A DNA stretch of 64,000 nt from Nemertoderma westbladi (GCA_032718475.1 JAUCBJ010005606.1:1471-65470); one strand, 5' to 3'. Counted from the stretch's first letter, positions 22,069 through 36,003 are shown. Notes: generated from the letters alone by a model not told the origin. Numbers and translations are program-made.

Positions 22069-25000
22069 ATGTATACCTGCATATATATCATTGCCATTTA
22101 TTACTTAGTTTTGCTTCCCGAGAGTTACAGTTATTTCACTGTGAATAATTTCAATATATTAGGTACAACAAACTCCAAAAATATATCATACCCTAATCCA
22201 GTTGATAAATCAGTATGTTTTCAATGCAGCTGTTCCTCTTTGACGGGGACAACATGCAAATTAAAATCCGAAGACATAAATTCTGGAAGGGCTTTTGTCA
22301 CCTGCAAAAATCCATATTCTGGCCTTTCCAAATGGTCATATAAGGGTCAGTCTTTAACTCCTATAACGTTTGTCCAACCTGATACAACGCATTTCTTTAT
22401 TAATAATGTTAACTACTGGAAGGATGAGATTGCCCCGACCCTAGAGTGTAGTGGAAATGGCTTTGCTAATAGTTGTTTGTTCAAATGTTCCATTGATCTT
22501 CAAATTCAATATCCAGCTGAACGGGTCGAGATTTATTATGGGATCTTACCTTTAAATGATTTAAGGGTCAAAGAAGGAGACGATGTTGATTTGCGTTGTG
22601 AGTATAAAGATGGTAATCCTCCAACCCAATACCATAAATGGTATAAAGATGAAGAAATGATAGAACATAAAGATTCGAAGTTCCTTAATTTGAAAAAAAT
22701 ATCAAAGCATGAGGCAGGGCAGTATAAATGTGAAGCCTTAACGAGATATTGGGATGGAGTGATTGAATCTACATCTTCAAAACTTGGTAAAATTACAGTT
22801 GAATATTGTGACAACATGATCTTGCACCTTGGGATGACTTGGGAATCACCACAACCAAACCAAATTTTAAATTACGATGTCACAATTATTGTTAATGAAA
22901 TGGTCAAATTTGAGTGGAAATTTGATTCAACAACAAACATGTACTTTTTATGGACACAGGGTACCAGTATACAAGAGACTGGTAGCGGAATAAAGTTCAT
23001 TGCAAGGAAAGACAGTCAAGGGAGTTTGTTAGCTGAAGCTGTATGTAGCTTTCAGTGCCAAACATGTGAAGTGGTGAGATACAAAGCAAACATAACAATT
23101 GACGTTGTATATTGTATAGATGCAAAACTCATTATTACTTATAATGGGATTCCAGCCTCAACCCTAAATGATGGCAATGTTCTTGTTATAAGAGATAGTG
23201 AGGTTGTGTTGCAAATGGAAGTTGATGCTAATATTGAACTTTTTTACAGCTGGAAGGGGCCTGGTATAATAAACTCAAATATACCTCAACAAGTTTTTAT
23301 TGCAACAACCAATAGTAACGGCCAATTCAATGCCTCTGTGTCATGTTTATATGACAAATCTTTAGAATATGCAAAAGATTACTCTTTCAATTTCAACTTG
23401 ACAATTGGAATTCCTCCTGAGCTAGACAATCCAGAACAAGTTGAGGAAGTTGATAAACATGAAAATGTTACAATGAAATGTGAAGCCTGGAGCAATCCGC
23501 CACCAAGAGGTGACTATGGAGTTGTAGAGTGGCGATTTCAAAATCCAAACAATGACCCAATTAGGCCAGACAACAAGACGAAATTGATCACCATAGATTC
23601 TAAAGATTTGACAAATAATGGAAAAATTATAAAATGGTATACTATAACATCGTTAACTATTGTGAACGCTGTGGTACAAAATGGCGGAGAATATTATTGC
23701 GATTTTATTAATGGTGTTGGGGTAAAGGGAAGTGGTGTAATTGAATTGATCATCAGAAGAGAACCGGAAAGAATTGATGTGAAATCAATAGAAGTTGAAT
23801 GGCTCAATGCAACACAAATGAAAATATCTTGGCAAGAAAGCGATAATGGTGGTTATACACAGTATTATCAGATTGAGTTATATGAATTTCCATTGAATCC
23901 TATACTGAAAGAAGAACCAACTAATGAAACATCTCTAAATCTCTTACAAAAGTTAAACCTTAGTGAGGGCAATAGTGAATTTGTTCAAAGTGGCGTCAGT
24001 GAAAATTATGAATATCAGCTATACTATCAATCATGTAATAGGCTGGGGTGCACTGTCAAAGAACATGAATATATCAAATATAACTATACCTCTACCAAAT
24101 TAACCGAATCAACACAAGGTCTCAGTGAAAGAACAACAATTACCATTGCTGTTGTTATATCTGTAACAATTATTATTAGCATAGCAATTGCTTTATACTA
24201 TATTATATTTCGAATAACAAGAAAACCAAAGAAGTGTGAAGAACCTCTTGTAAATACTTCACAAGGAAAAACAGAAAATGATGTTTGCATTGAATATATA
24301 GAATATGGATCAGCCAATTATGCAAATAATAGGAAATCTCTAACTGAATACAAAACTAAAACAAACCGGGAATCATTACGCTCAAATGACTCAACAAAAG
24401 ATGCCGCAGATATATATGCAGAATATGCGGTGTCTGGTAGTTCAATGGAGGAACTTAAGAAAGAGCTGAAAAGTGCAAAAAACGATTTAGTTCTTAAAAA
24501 TACAAAGAATGATCAATGTGTATCGAATGTTCCTCCAAGAAATGTTACCTTTGGTGTTAAGGACCATTCACGCTTCTCCACTGCAGTCCCAGATGCTCAT
24601 GACAACCAAGTCACAGTAGATAATGACGACTATGTGGAACTTGGGAGTGAAACCTACTACACTACAGACACTATTAATGTGACTAAACCAACTGAACAAC
24701 CAACACCAACAACACAAACAACAAAACAGAAGGGTTACTTGAAGAGGTTACGGGCACTAGCTAAGAGTTTCTCCAAGAATGCTATTAATTCACCCAAGAA
24801 TGATAACCCAGTTGACCATGAATACTTTGTCTATGATTGTCAACACAAAATCAATTCCCAAGGGAGGAAAGGGACATCTATGACTACTGATAATCCTGCA
24901 TTTTTACCAGATCCCGAAGATAACTCACTCAGCTATATTCCAACAACCTCAAGTGAACGATTGAATACCAATAGATGGAGTTCAAATACAACAGACAATG

Positions 25001-25509
25001 ACCAGGAACCTGCAGAATATTTTGTAATTGAACGACACAACTCCATGGAATGTCTGGAAGTTGAATATGGAAGTTCAACGTCTTTCCCAAATACTAAAAT
25101 AAAACAAATGCAGAGTTTTAAAGGCACAATCGGAAATGTGATGCCTAAATCTAATTTAAGGAATGTCAAAGAAATTAAATCAAAAGATGCCGGCTATGTA
25201 GACCAAGAGGCTAATTCTGGAATATATTCTTCAGTTATAAAACAAGTAAAAAAAGAAAATGATAAACCAATTCATATTCCTGGAGTTGTTAGATCAGAAG
25301 ATGTAGATAAATACCACCAAAATGATGATGATACTGCAGTATATACAACCGTTGTAAAACCGCTAGGGAAAACAGAAGATAAACCAAAAAATATTCCTGG
25401 TCTTATAGTTCAACCAAATGAAGAGCTTGATGGATCTGATACAGAAAAACCGGATATTCCAGAATATAGTCCGGCACTTTTTAACATTGTTGATTATAAA
25501 GAGTGGTAG
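22069..25509 (+). CDS. Receptor gene 2: single-ORF Ig/FN3/TM receptor with long tail, 1146 aa
   Basis: Same architecture as gene 1; close to identical from IDVVYCIDAKL (about 23098) through the tail, with a divergent N-terminal third. Confidence 0.93.
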   Translation: MYTCIYIIAIYYLVLLPESYSYFTVNNFNILGTTNSKNISYPNPVDKSVCFQCSCSSLTGTTCKLKSEDINSGRAFVTCKNPYSGLSKWSYKGQSLTPITFVQPDTTHFFINNVNYWKDEIAPTLECSGNGFANSCLFKCSIDLQIQYPAERVEIYYGILPLNDLRVKEGDDVDLRCEYKDGNPPTQYHKWYKDEEMIEHKDSKFLNLKKISKHEAGQYKCEALTRYWDGVIESTSSKLGKITVEYCDNMILHLGMTWESPQPNQILNYDVTIIVNEMVKFEWKFDSTTNMYFLWTQGTSIQETGSGIKFIARKDSQGSLLAEAVCSFQCQTCEVVRYKANITIDVVYCIDAKLIITYNGIPASTLNDGNVLVIRDSEVVLQMEVDANIELFYSWKGPGIINSNIPQQVFIATTNSNGQFNASVSCLYDKSLEYAKDYSFNFNLTIGIPPELDNPEQVEEVDKHENVTMKCEAWSNPPPRGDYGVVEWRFQNPNNDPIRPDNKTKLITIDSKDLTNNGKIIKWYTITSLTIVNAVVQNGGEYYCDFINGVGVKGSGVIELIIRREPERIDVKSIEVEWLNATQMKISWQESDNGGYTQYYQIELYEFPLNPILKEEPTNETSLNLLQKLNLSEGNSEFVQSGVSENYEYQLYYQSCNRLGCTVKEHEYIKYNYTSTKLTESTQGLSERTTITIAVVISVTIIISIAIALYYIIFRITRKPKKCEEPLVNTSQGKTENDVCIEYIEYGSANYANNRKSLTEYKTKTNRESLRSNDSTKDAADIYAEYAVSGSSMEELKKELKSAKNDLVLKNTKNDQCVSNVPPRNVTFGVKDHSRFSTAVPDAHDNQVTVDNDDYVELGSETYYTTDTINVTKPTEQPTPTTQTTKQKGYLKRLRALAKSFSKNAINSPKNDNPVDHEYFVYDCQHKINSQGRKGTSMTTDNPAFLPDPEDNSLSYIPTTSSERLNTNRWSSNTTDNDQEPAEYFVIERHNSMECLEVEYGSSTSFPNTKIKQMQSFKGTIGNVMPKSNLRNVKEIKSKDAGYVDQEANSGIYSSVIKQVKKENDKPIHIPGVVRSEDVDKYHQNDDDTAVYTTVVKPLGKTEDKPKNIPGLIVQPNEELDGSDTEKPDIPEYSPALFNIVDYKEW

Positions 25510-26170
25510 TAACTATAATATAAAGATAATCTCCTAACAGATAGAGGGAAAATTAAATTGGCGCAAGGCGGCAAGTTGGCCATCACGGAAAATTACTTTC
25601 TCGACTCGCTGAATTAATAATATTAATTATCAATTAAGGGAAATAAAAAGAAGCAGGATACAATAGCATGTTAATTAATCAAAACAATAAATGAGAATCA
25701 ATAGCGCAGGATATAAATTATTATTATTTTGACGATAACTAGCTGTAATAGTAATTTGTTTCCAAGAGTCCCCAACCATAATAGAAAAACAACTTTCATC
25801 TCTACAATTTAATATACATTCCAATTTTGTGCTTTTGAAAATACTGGTTAAAAATTATGTCCTAAGTATAATTAATTATAAGTGTATTTAAATAAATCAA
25901 CGATTGTTTTACAAATTATTACATTAATATTATTACAGTTACTTTAATAATATTGTAAGAAATACTTTGTATGTATTACCAATAATATTATTAAAAATAT
26001 TATAATATGTACATCCTTACACTTAATATAAATATATTATAACCCAAGAAAGACCCAATTGTTTTACAATCCAAAACTCTTCAGAATTTGGTTTCGGTTT
26101 ATATATTGATAAGATTAAATTCATACTTTTCTCAACTCCTATATTACCATATTATTATGTCCAAAAGAAT

Positions 26171-26590
26171 ACACGTTCGTGGGACCTTCGCGCAGCACGA
26201 GGCTCAGTTATCAGATACAGGTCAAAATCGAGAAATTCTATCCCAAAATCGGCATTTAAGACATTTAACCAAACCGCCAATAAGAATAAATCAAAGAAGA
26301 GAGAAAGGGGGAACCTTTCTCTTAATCTGCACGACTGCCGGACCACCCCAACCCAAAGACACACAGAGGATTAATGTAAGGCAGAGGTATTAACAGGAAA
26401 ATTGTGTTTTAAATTTTAGGCGAATAGGCGTTCCAATTTGTAAAAAATATTAAAACTTACCTTATGCGGATAGTATTGATACTGAAATATTAATTTATCA
26501 TGCTCGCTTACTTTCGTCGCTCGCCCCACAACAGACACACCGATTGAGTTAGTTGTACCTGTATGCTAAGCTCGCTTACTTTCGTCGCTA
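26171..26590 (+). mobile_element. Internally deleted Helentron/HINE-like copy with about 1.5 copies of the 3' terminal unit
   Basis: 5' ACACGTTCGTGGGACCTTCGCGCAGCACGAGGCTCAG; 26500-26590 matches the 68-bp unit of the 39105-40101 array. Confidence 0.6.
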
Positions 26591-27395
26591 TAAAACACTA
26601 TAACAAATAAATACTAAATAACTAAATAAATACTATAAAAAAAATAGTAAATAAAAAATAAATATTTTTAGTGATGGAAAAATACGTGCCGTTTAAAAAC
26701 ACTAACCGAGTAAAGCTAACCACGGCAAAGTCTATGGTGATATCCTGTTGACGCAAAACCTCTATGGATGAGGCATGAAGCACTTCCGCATCGCATATGC
26801 GCAACCAAACAGTATAGTTCTCGAACTTCTCGCAGCGGAATGCGGAGGGGCTTCTAATAAAAACTCATGATCCTCCTCCCACTGTCTACCAACCCGCAAT
26901 TTAATAACAGTTTAATTATATTAAAATATTACATTTAGGGAATATATTACAACAAATATGGTAAATAAATCCTGATATCACAGGTAACAGTTTAAAACTA
27001 TACTAACAATCATCTTCATACATCCCTTCTTTGACCAATTTCACTAAAATATACTATATAAAAAAAATTCTAAAAAAACTAATATTGTATTGTACTGACG
27101 ACATAGTTTCTTTCCAGACTGCAAGCAATCTGTAACCATAAAAATCAATCTGTTACTGCAGTACTCTACTACAGGTTGCAGGTGGATGCCCTGAAACACG
27201 TTAGTCCTTAAAGTCAGTAGGCAGGCAGTAGGCCTATTTATACCGGTAGGTAGTAAGGCAGTAAGGTGTAAAAAAAGAGGTAGATGAGCCACACAAATAC
27301 AGGAATTTAATAATAACAAAATAAAGAGGTAACAAAAAATAAAAAAAAGAGGCATAAAAGTCATAATGTGATTATACATTATAATAATATAGAAC

Positions 27396-27437
27396 GTTGG
27401 TCTGACGTAGCCCGGTAGGGCGAAAACGTTTACGACT
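27396..27437 (+). ncRNA. Atypical hammerhead-like motif (Penelope-type), copy 2
   Basis: CTGACGTA-GCCC-GGTA-GGGC-GAAAACGTTT; perfect 4-bp stem II, weak stem I. Confidence 0.45.
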
Positions 27438-27903
27438 AAATAGTGTTTTTGCTTTATAGTCAGACGTTGAAGACCCCATACTTACCTAAACTTCGGCTTG
27501 GTAATTATTATTTTAATTATAATGGAACCACTGCTAATAGCCTACCGCTTTATATCTGACAAGATTAAACATCATCCGAAATTATCATGGATGACAAAGC
27601 CTCGCACTTTGCCGGGAGGCGAGGTGGAAATAGACCATAGCGGGAACAGGCGGGCGTGCCAAATTCTCCCAAATTCCATATGGGCCGTGTGGTCGAGGGC
27701 TGACGGCTAGCCTTGTCAGCCAATCTCCATTCTTGTTCTTGGTGGTCCTCTAGATAGCTTCAATAGGCTGGAAGAGTACCAACTGCCACCTCATTCTTCT
27801 CCCTGTATATGGCATCCTGCGGAATTTGCGACTCCTTTAGTACCTGAGACAATTTGGCATTAAGGTTATGGACATTTACATTTAGATGTAGGGCCTAATA
27901 TTA

Positions 27904-28106
27904 TGGTTTTGTTCAGAAATGAAATGGAAAAAATGAGAAAGTGCGTCACCAGGGGTGGAACCAGCGCTATACGTACGTTTCAGCATATCAGGCCCCATCA
28001 GTAGCGCTAACCAGTTCAGCCACTTGTCCCTGACATTCACTATCCCACCTAATCCACTTCTATTGAACAGGCAGTCTTAAGTTGCACATATTTCTGAACA
28101 AAACCA
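27904..28106. mobile_element. 203-bp MITE with 17-bp TIRs and TA flanks, carrying a tRNA-like segment
   Basis: TA|TGGTTTTGTTCAGAAAT ... ATTTCTGAACAAAACCA|TA; the internal minus strand has TGGCTGAACTGGTTAGCGC (A-box-like) and GGTTCCACCCC (B-box-like). Confidence 0.75.
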
Positions 28107-28204
28107 TACATAATATTACATCTTTAATTACAGTTGCATTAACTGCTCAACTCCAATTTATTTATTTACATTTGGGGCCTTTCCGGACAAGATAGCATCC
28201 GAAA

Positions 28205-28405
28205 CAACCTATATCCCATGAATAGAGGCGGCATGTGCCGGGTCTTTTTGCATTTTTTGATCCTTCAGATCAACTCCACCATGCAGAGCTGGGAAGAGAA
28301 AAAGGTCCTCATCAACATCGTTCACATGAGTCCCAAACAATGCAGGGATGTAGGTGGACAGTATTGCTGTCTGTATTGGGGGAAAATCGGCGACATCTGT
28401 TGGGA
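28205..28405 (-). mobile_element. Possible CRE-clade non-LTR retrotransposon fragment
   Basis: PIQTAILSTYIPALFG...DLFLFPALHGGVDLKD resembles the post-RT 'IPAL.G...L.LP...GGLG' region of CRE-type elements. Confidence 0.4.
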
Positions 28406-29202
28406 CAACTCCCAAGAGTTAGTACAACTCCCAAGAGTTAGTACAACTCCCAAGAGTTAGTACAACTCCCAAGAGGTAGTACAACTCCCAAGAGGTAGTA
28501 CAACTCCCAAGAGTTAGTACAACTCCCAAGAGTTAGTACAACTCCCAAGAGTTAGTACAACTCCCAAGAGTTAGTACAACTCCCAAGAGTTAGTACAACT
28601 CCCAAGAGGTAGTACAACTCCCAAGAGTTAGTACAACCCCCAAGAGTTAGTACAACTCCCAAGAGGTAGTACAACTCCCAAGAGTTAGTACAACTCCCAA
28701 GAGTTAGTACAACTCCCAAGAGTTAGTACAACTCCCAAGAGTTAGTACAACTCCCAAGAGGTAGTACAACTCCCAAGAGTTAGTACAACTCCCAAGAGTT
28801 AGTACAACTCCCAAGAGTTAGTACAACTCCCAAGAGTTAGTACAACTCCCAAGAGGTAGTACAACTCCCAAGAGTTAGTACAACTCCCAAGAGTTAGTAC
28901 AACTCCCAAGAGTTAGTACAACTCCCAAGAGGTAGTACAACTCCCAAGAGTTAGTACAACTCCCAAGAGTTAGTACAACTCCCAAGAGGTAGTACAACTC
29001 CCAAGAGTTAGTACAACTCCCAAGAGTTAGTACAACTCCCAAGAGTTAGTACAACTCCCAAGAGTTAGTACAACTCCCAAGAGTTAGTACAACTCCCAAG
29101 AGTTAGTACAACTCCCAAGAGTTAGTACAACTCCCAAGAGGTAGTACAACTCCCAAGAGTTAGTACAACTCCCAAGAGTTAGTACAACTCCCAAGAGGTA
29201 GT
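28406..29202. repeat. Homogeneous 19-bp minisatellite ACAACTCCCAAGAG(T/G)TAGT, about 42 copies
   Basis: Directly visible; mainly one recurrent T/G variant position. Confidence 0.95.
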
Positions 29203-30459
29203 CCGATTCGGCGTGGCGGGACCTAGTCATCCTGGTAAGGCTGTCCGATGGTACTCTTTTGCCACTTTTATTACTTATTCAGTCAGCCCATATAGTCTCG
29301 CACTATGTGTCGCCTGTTTTACACAGGGCAAAGTCAAACAAGCCAGTAGATATGTTATCACTAAGGCCAAATGGTATGCTTTTAGATTTACTATTACTTG
29401 GTCGGGACTGGTACTAAACACTAATAATAAGTATTCCTAAGCAAATCGTTCACTGACATTAACCAAATATTTCAGCCCTGACGCATCAAAGGGTAAGATG
29501 CGCCATGACATCGCGCCATGACATCACGGCATATTATATTATACATAGATACATGCATACACCATTACATTCATAAATACATACACACGTGGGCATCACC
29601 ACTATCACCGGCCGACCCCACATGTAACACGTCCAGATTTCGTAATCACCATTGTGAAATCTCTAGTCATATTATCTTTTAGTGAGTTTCAGGAATGTCA
29701 GTGACTGACGACCGCATTTCCTTTCTCCAGCCGGTTTACATAGATCATAGTACCACGTTAGCTGTTGCAGACAAGTCTCACATAGATCATAGTACCCCAT
29801 TAGCTGTGGCAGACAAGTCTCATCCATTGTGCCTGCAAGGTGCTTCTAGATTTTGGTAATAAGACGTTGCTATCCAATGACTTGTTAATTAAGTGAACAT
29901 TGTATCTTATGTTATGAGGTCTGCGCATCATCCTGGTGTATGTTTTTATGCACTAACTTGTTGCAAAAATTTGTAGTTTTAGAGACAAACGTTTGGTATC
30001 ATCCTACAGTGATTTAATTACAGCAAAATCTCATCGCGGGGATCCCATAGGTCGCAAGTATCATAAACATGCGTGGGCGGGAGAGAATCACAGGTCTTGA
30101 AGAATTCTACAAAGATGATTTGAAGATGAATGACTTTCCACGTTGACAACTCTTCAATGCCCCCTCGAAGCTGCAGAGTTACAGTCCATTGGCGCGGGTC
30201 GGGCTTTGGGGATGGGGCAGGTCTGCGGGGGTTCGATCTGGCTACCCAATACTGATGAGTGGAATATGGGTGCAACATTATTGTTAAATTTTCTAAACTT
30301 TAATTAAATTTAACTCTTTATACAGTATGTATTTTCATCATGTATAACCATTAATTATTGTATCCATATATTATATTAATTATATAGTATTTGATGATTT
30401 ACTAAAAAAAAAAAAAAAAAAAAGGTGGTTTATATAATATATATATAATATAGTAATAT

Positions 30460-33305
30460 AAATATAGTCAACGCAGTACTCGTCTTCATTATAAGCCTCG
30501 TTGTTGTCGTCCTGTTTTGTATTTAAATATATCTCCTAAACGCAGACTGACGATCTTTATAACTACCGATGCATTCAATAGGCGAAGACAGGTATGGTTT
30601 TGGTTTATAGGAATATAGTATACGCAGTACTCTTCTTCATTATATGCCTCGTTGCGCCTGTCGCTCATCCTGTTTTGTCATAAAATAGTTTTTCTAAACG
30701 CAGCCTGACGACCTTTATACAGTTATAACTAGAGAGCCAGCAAGCTGGCTGGAAGGAGCCCGGGGGGAAGAATCCTAGCCAATACTAAACTAAACAATTG
30801 TCTAAATGGTGTGATGATACATAGCTGACTTTGTGGCTTGCCCCACATAATAAAAAATGAAACCACTAACACTAACAACCGAATATTTATAAGAAAATGC
30901 CCATGATTCACAACCAGATAAATAACAAGTTAGATTTACCAGTACAGGTACGGTTACCTTTCTTTTTGAAAACCATTAGATTTAACAATTAATAGAAGTC
31001 TAGGTCGCGGCGAAAAATAATAACGCAAATTAAACAACCATACAATCGGCCTACACACTTTTTTATTATTCGAAATAAATTCGCTAACAGAAAATATCTA
31101 AACTAATTTATTTATTTACTAATTAATCTAAACGAGAAGGTGAACAATTGTTTCTACACAATTAATTATGACGACTTTTATGGGATATGTAATATTTACT
31201 GTTCAATAATAATTTACAATCTCCCATTCCAACACATTCCCAGAGAGTAATAATATCATCAATATAACAAACTAAGTGGATTATAATTCGATTTCTTCAG
31301 CCAAGTCCAATAGCTATTTTTCTGAAATTTATATTGCTAATTTAATTATTTGGCATATTCTGTTTGTGGCGCAGACTAAAATAATAATAACATTGTTGAC
31401 ATACAGTCTTTGAACCTTTCAGTCTTTCTCAGCAGTACTTTGTGGCTCGTCCCACATAATAAAAACTGAAACTTTGCTATGACAACACACCCGGTTCTTT
31501 TAAATTTGCGTGATTTGATTTATGCTCGCACCACTATTTGTAAGAAATATTAAAACTTATCTTACAGTATGCCAATGTAGTAATGGTATTAAAATATAAT
31601 TAAATTAATTTACACTATTAATGCTTCAGCTAAAAAATCGTTTCAGCTAAAAAATCGTATGTAATAAAAAAAATAAGAATATTTTTAATATGTGTATATG
31701 TAATATAGGTATTACTGCTAAGTTAGGCAGTAGGCCAGAGCGGGCTCCTTAAATACATGCAACTACTGTATTATAGTGTAGGTCAACTATAAAACATTTT
31801 GCAATCCACAATGAGTATCGACTGCAATAGGACACAACACACTGCTTTGTGTAACTAAAATTCATTCTCCTGATCCACCCCCTAACATAGCAGAGTGAGT
31901 AACCTTATTGTAGATATACCCTTAGGAAGCACTGGGAGAGCAATCAGCTTATGGGGTAATAACATTAGAAACCAACAGCTTATGTGTGAGTAAACATTGC
32001 CTTTCCTTATAGCCTACTAGTAAAACTTGGCAACCAACACGTTTTTCTATGACTGTGTATAACATATTAAGCCATATTTCATCATGAACACCGGCTGTTA
32101 TTTTACCATTGCTTTTAATTTCGCGACAAAACAATGTCAAAAAACTAAATATATCGAATACCACACATAGAATCGATCTGAAATTTTGTAACGCGATTAT
32201 GAACCTCAAAAGCAATGTACTTGCAAAATTTCATCAAAATCGCCAGGCAGGAAGTGCCTGAACCTGGATAATTATCAGTCAGTCAGTATGTCAGTCAATG
32301 TAATGTATCCTGAAGATTCTTACAGTAAGTATCCCGCTGTCAAGCGGGCTCCTAATTATGCGAAGTTTCGAAACTGTTCGAGTAACTGCTGATACATCTA
32401 TGTGGATATGTGTGATACAACGCCAACGCATCGTATGCCGATGTAGTAATATGGGCAGATTCGAAACGGGAAATTCGACGCAAATAACAGCTCGTTATTC
32501 TCAAAAATAAAACTGTAACCTGTTCTATTGTGTTTAGTTTATTGTTTTGGTTAAAATAACGTGCCACCTTAACCTGCTCCTTTCCCTAAATTGAGAATTT
32601 AACATTGAGGCGGGATATTAATTCGCCAAGGCGGGTTTTGCGTCCAGTTTCCCCCCCCCCCCCCCCCTGTCTCAATATGGGTATTGAAATAATAATAAAT
32701 TAATTAACACTCTTAAAGCTGCAGCGAAAAAGTGTAGCTAATTTCCTAGAATACATAAAAATTAAAAATATTATTTTTAAGAACATTAATTTTACTACTT
32801 TGCAGAAATTAAATTAAACAGTAACCAGACAAATATATTGTGGAATAAACTATTTCAGATATAAGCCTACAACAGCCATGCCATGCATAGTATTTGTTAT
32901 TATATCTGCTTGTTATTATATCTGGTTAGTTGCCAGTACATAGTCTGATGCAGACCGGTAGGTCGAAAACGTTTACTATTGTATCTTTATCTAATATAAT
33001 ATAACCAGCTAAAGACCCTCAATACTTTATTTTTTCTATCATCTTTACTTTATTATATCTGTCATTTTAACTGAGATACAATACAGGCAGGCAGCGTATA
33101 TGGTGGGGGAGTAAGAATGCTGTCTGGGCTGTCTATTAAAATTCCCATCTGGTTAGGCTAAGCAACAACTCCCAGCAGCCCTAGCTCCACACCAGCAGAG
33201 ACTAGATATGGTGACCAATAATGGAGAGGATTACATTTGTACTCAATAATTGTGCCGTTTTAATTACGTTTAGATCAATTAAAGACACATTTATTAAAGC
33301 AAATC
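30460..33305 (+). repeat. Interrupted copy of the internal sequence of the 37705-40101 element
   Basis: Blocks 30470-30725, 32358-32455, 32678-32880 and 33215-33305 match 37895-38810 in the same order. Confidence 0.65.
32937..32983 (+). ncRNA. Atypical type-I hammerhead-like motif (Penelope-type), copy 3
   Basis: ATAGT-CTGATGCA-GACC-GGTA-GGTC-GAAAACGTTT-ACTAT: stem I ATAGT/ACTAT, stem II GACC/GGTC, palindromic short stem III; one extra base in the CUGANGA core. Confidence 0.55.
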
Positions 33306-33306
33306 T

Positions 33307-33965
33307 ACGGAGCCCCTAAAGGGACATGGGTTTCCCCTTTTTTTTCTAAGTCTGGCCCAGAGATACTAAGTCCGGGCCAGAGATACTAAGTCCGGCCCGG
33401 AGATACTATCTCAGGCCCTGAGATACTAAGTCCGGCCCGGAGATACTATCTCAGGCACGGAGATACTAAGTCCGGCCTGGAGATACTATCTATCTCAGGC
33501 CCTGAGATACTAAGTCCGGCCTGGAGATACTATCTCAGGCCCGGAGATACTAAGTCCGGCCCGGAGATACTATCTCAGGTCCGGAGATACTAAGTCCGGC
33601 CCGGAGATACTATCTCAGGTCCGGAGATACTATCTCAGGCCCTGAGATACTAAGTCCGGCCCGGAGATACTATCTCAGGCCCACTGAACAAGGATACTAT
33701 AGTCCGGCCCGGAGATACTATCTCAGAGCTACACTGAGGTACTACGTCCGGCCTCGCAGCAGTACTCTCTCTGGCCCTGAGATACTAAAATGTCTCGGCC
33801 CGGATTGCATACTATCTCAATGTGCCCTGAATTGATTATCTAAGTCCGGCCCGGAGATACTATCTCATGGCCCGGTGATACTTTAGCTCCGGCCTCGGAG
33901 TTACTATCCTCAGGCCCGGAGATACTAAGTCCGGCCCGGACCATACTATCTCAGGCCCGGTGATA
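33307..33965. repeat. Array of two alternating 20-bp units (AGATACTAAGTCCGGCCCGG / AGATACTATCTCAGGCCCGG), degrading distally
   Basis: Directly visible from about 33346; preceded by TACGGAGCCCCTAAAGGGACATGG, a possible unpaired TIR. Confidence 0.85.
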
Positions 33966-34460
33966 CTCTGCCATCTGCATTTACGCAGTTCCAGCTACTC
34001 GTTTATGAGGGCAGCCTATACTTCATAGCTGCTATTCATACTCACACGTCCATACTCATTTCAGGCACCTTTGTGACTGACCGAATACAGAGACGCTATG
34101 TCGTGTTCGGATTTACATACACCTAGCTGTTGCAGTTTAACTTATCCGCAGGCCATTTAGCCATTGCCTAAACCAAATATACAGTAGGCATAGTTTCTTA
34201 GTCCATATTAATAGAAAACAGATCAAGTTCAAACAGTTTCTGTAGCCGTTGCAAGGGTATTAGATCATTAAGTCTTTATATAATGCCCGTTGGTAGGTCG
34301 GCTTTTATTCAATGGCACGGGGTCATGCCTCCCTCCAAATATGTAACTACTTTGTATTGTGCTGTGCTAACAATACTCTTGTGTCTCCATATTAAATATC
34401 TCACAAATTGAAATGTGAAACTTAATTTCCATGTTCCCGTCAAGATGTCTGTACTTGTAG

Positions 34461-36003
<1,543 letters not shown>

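Noticed and set aside
28406-29202. CRISPR-like regular repeat
   Set aside because: Units are head-to-tail with no unique spacers, there are no cas genes, and the context is eukaryotic.
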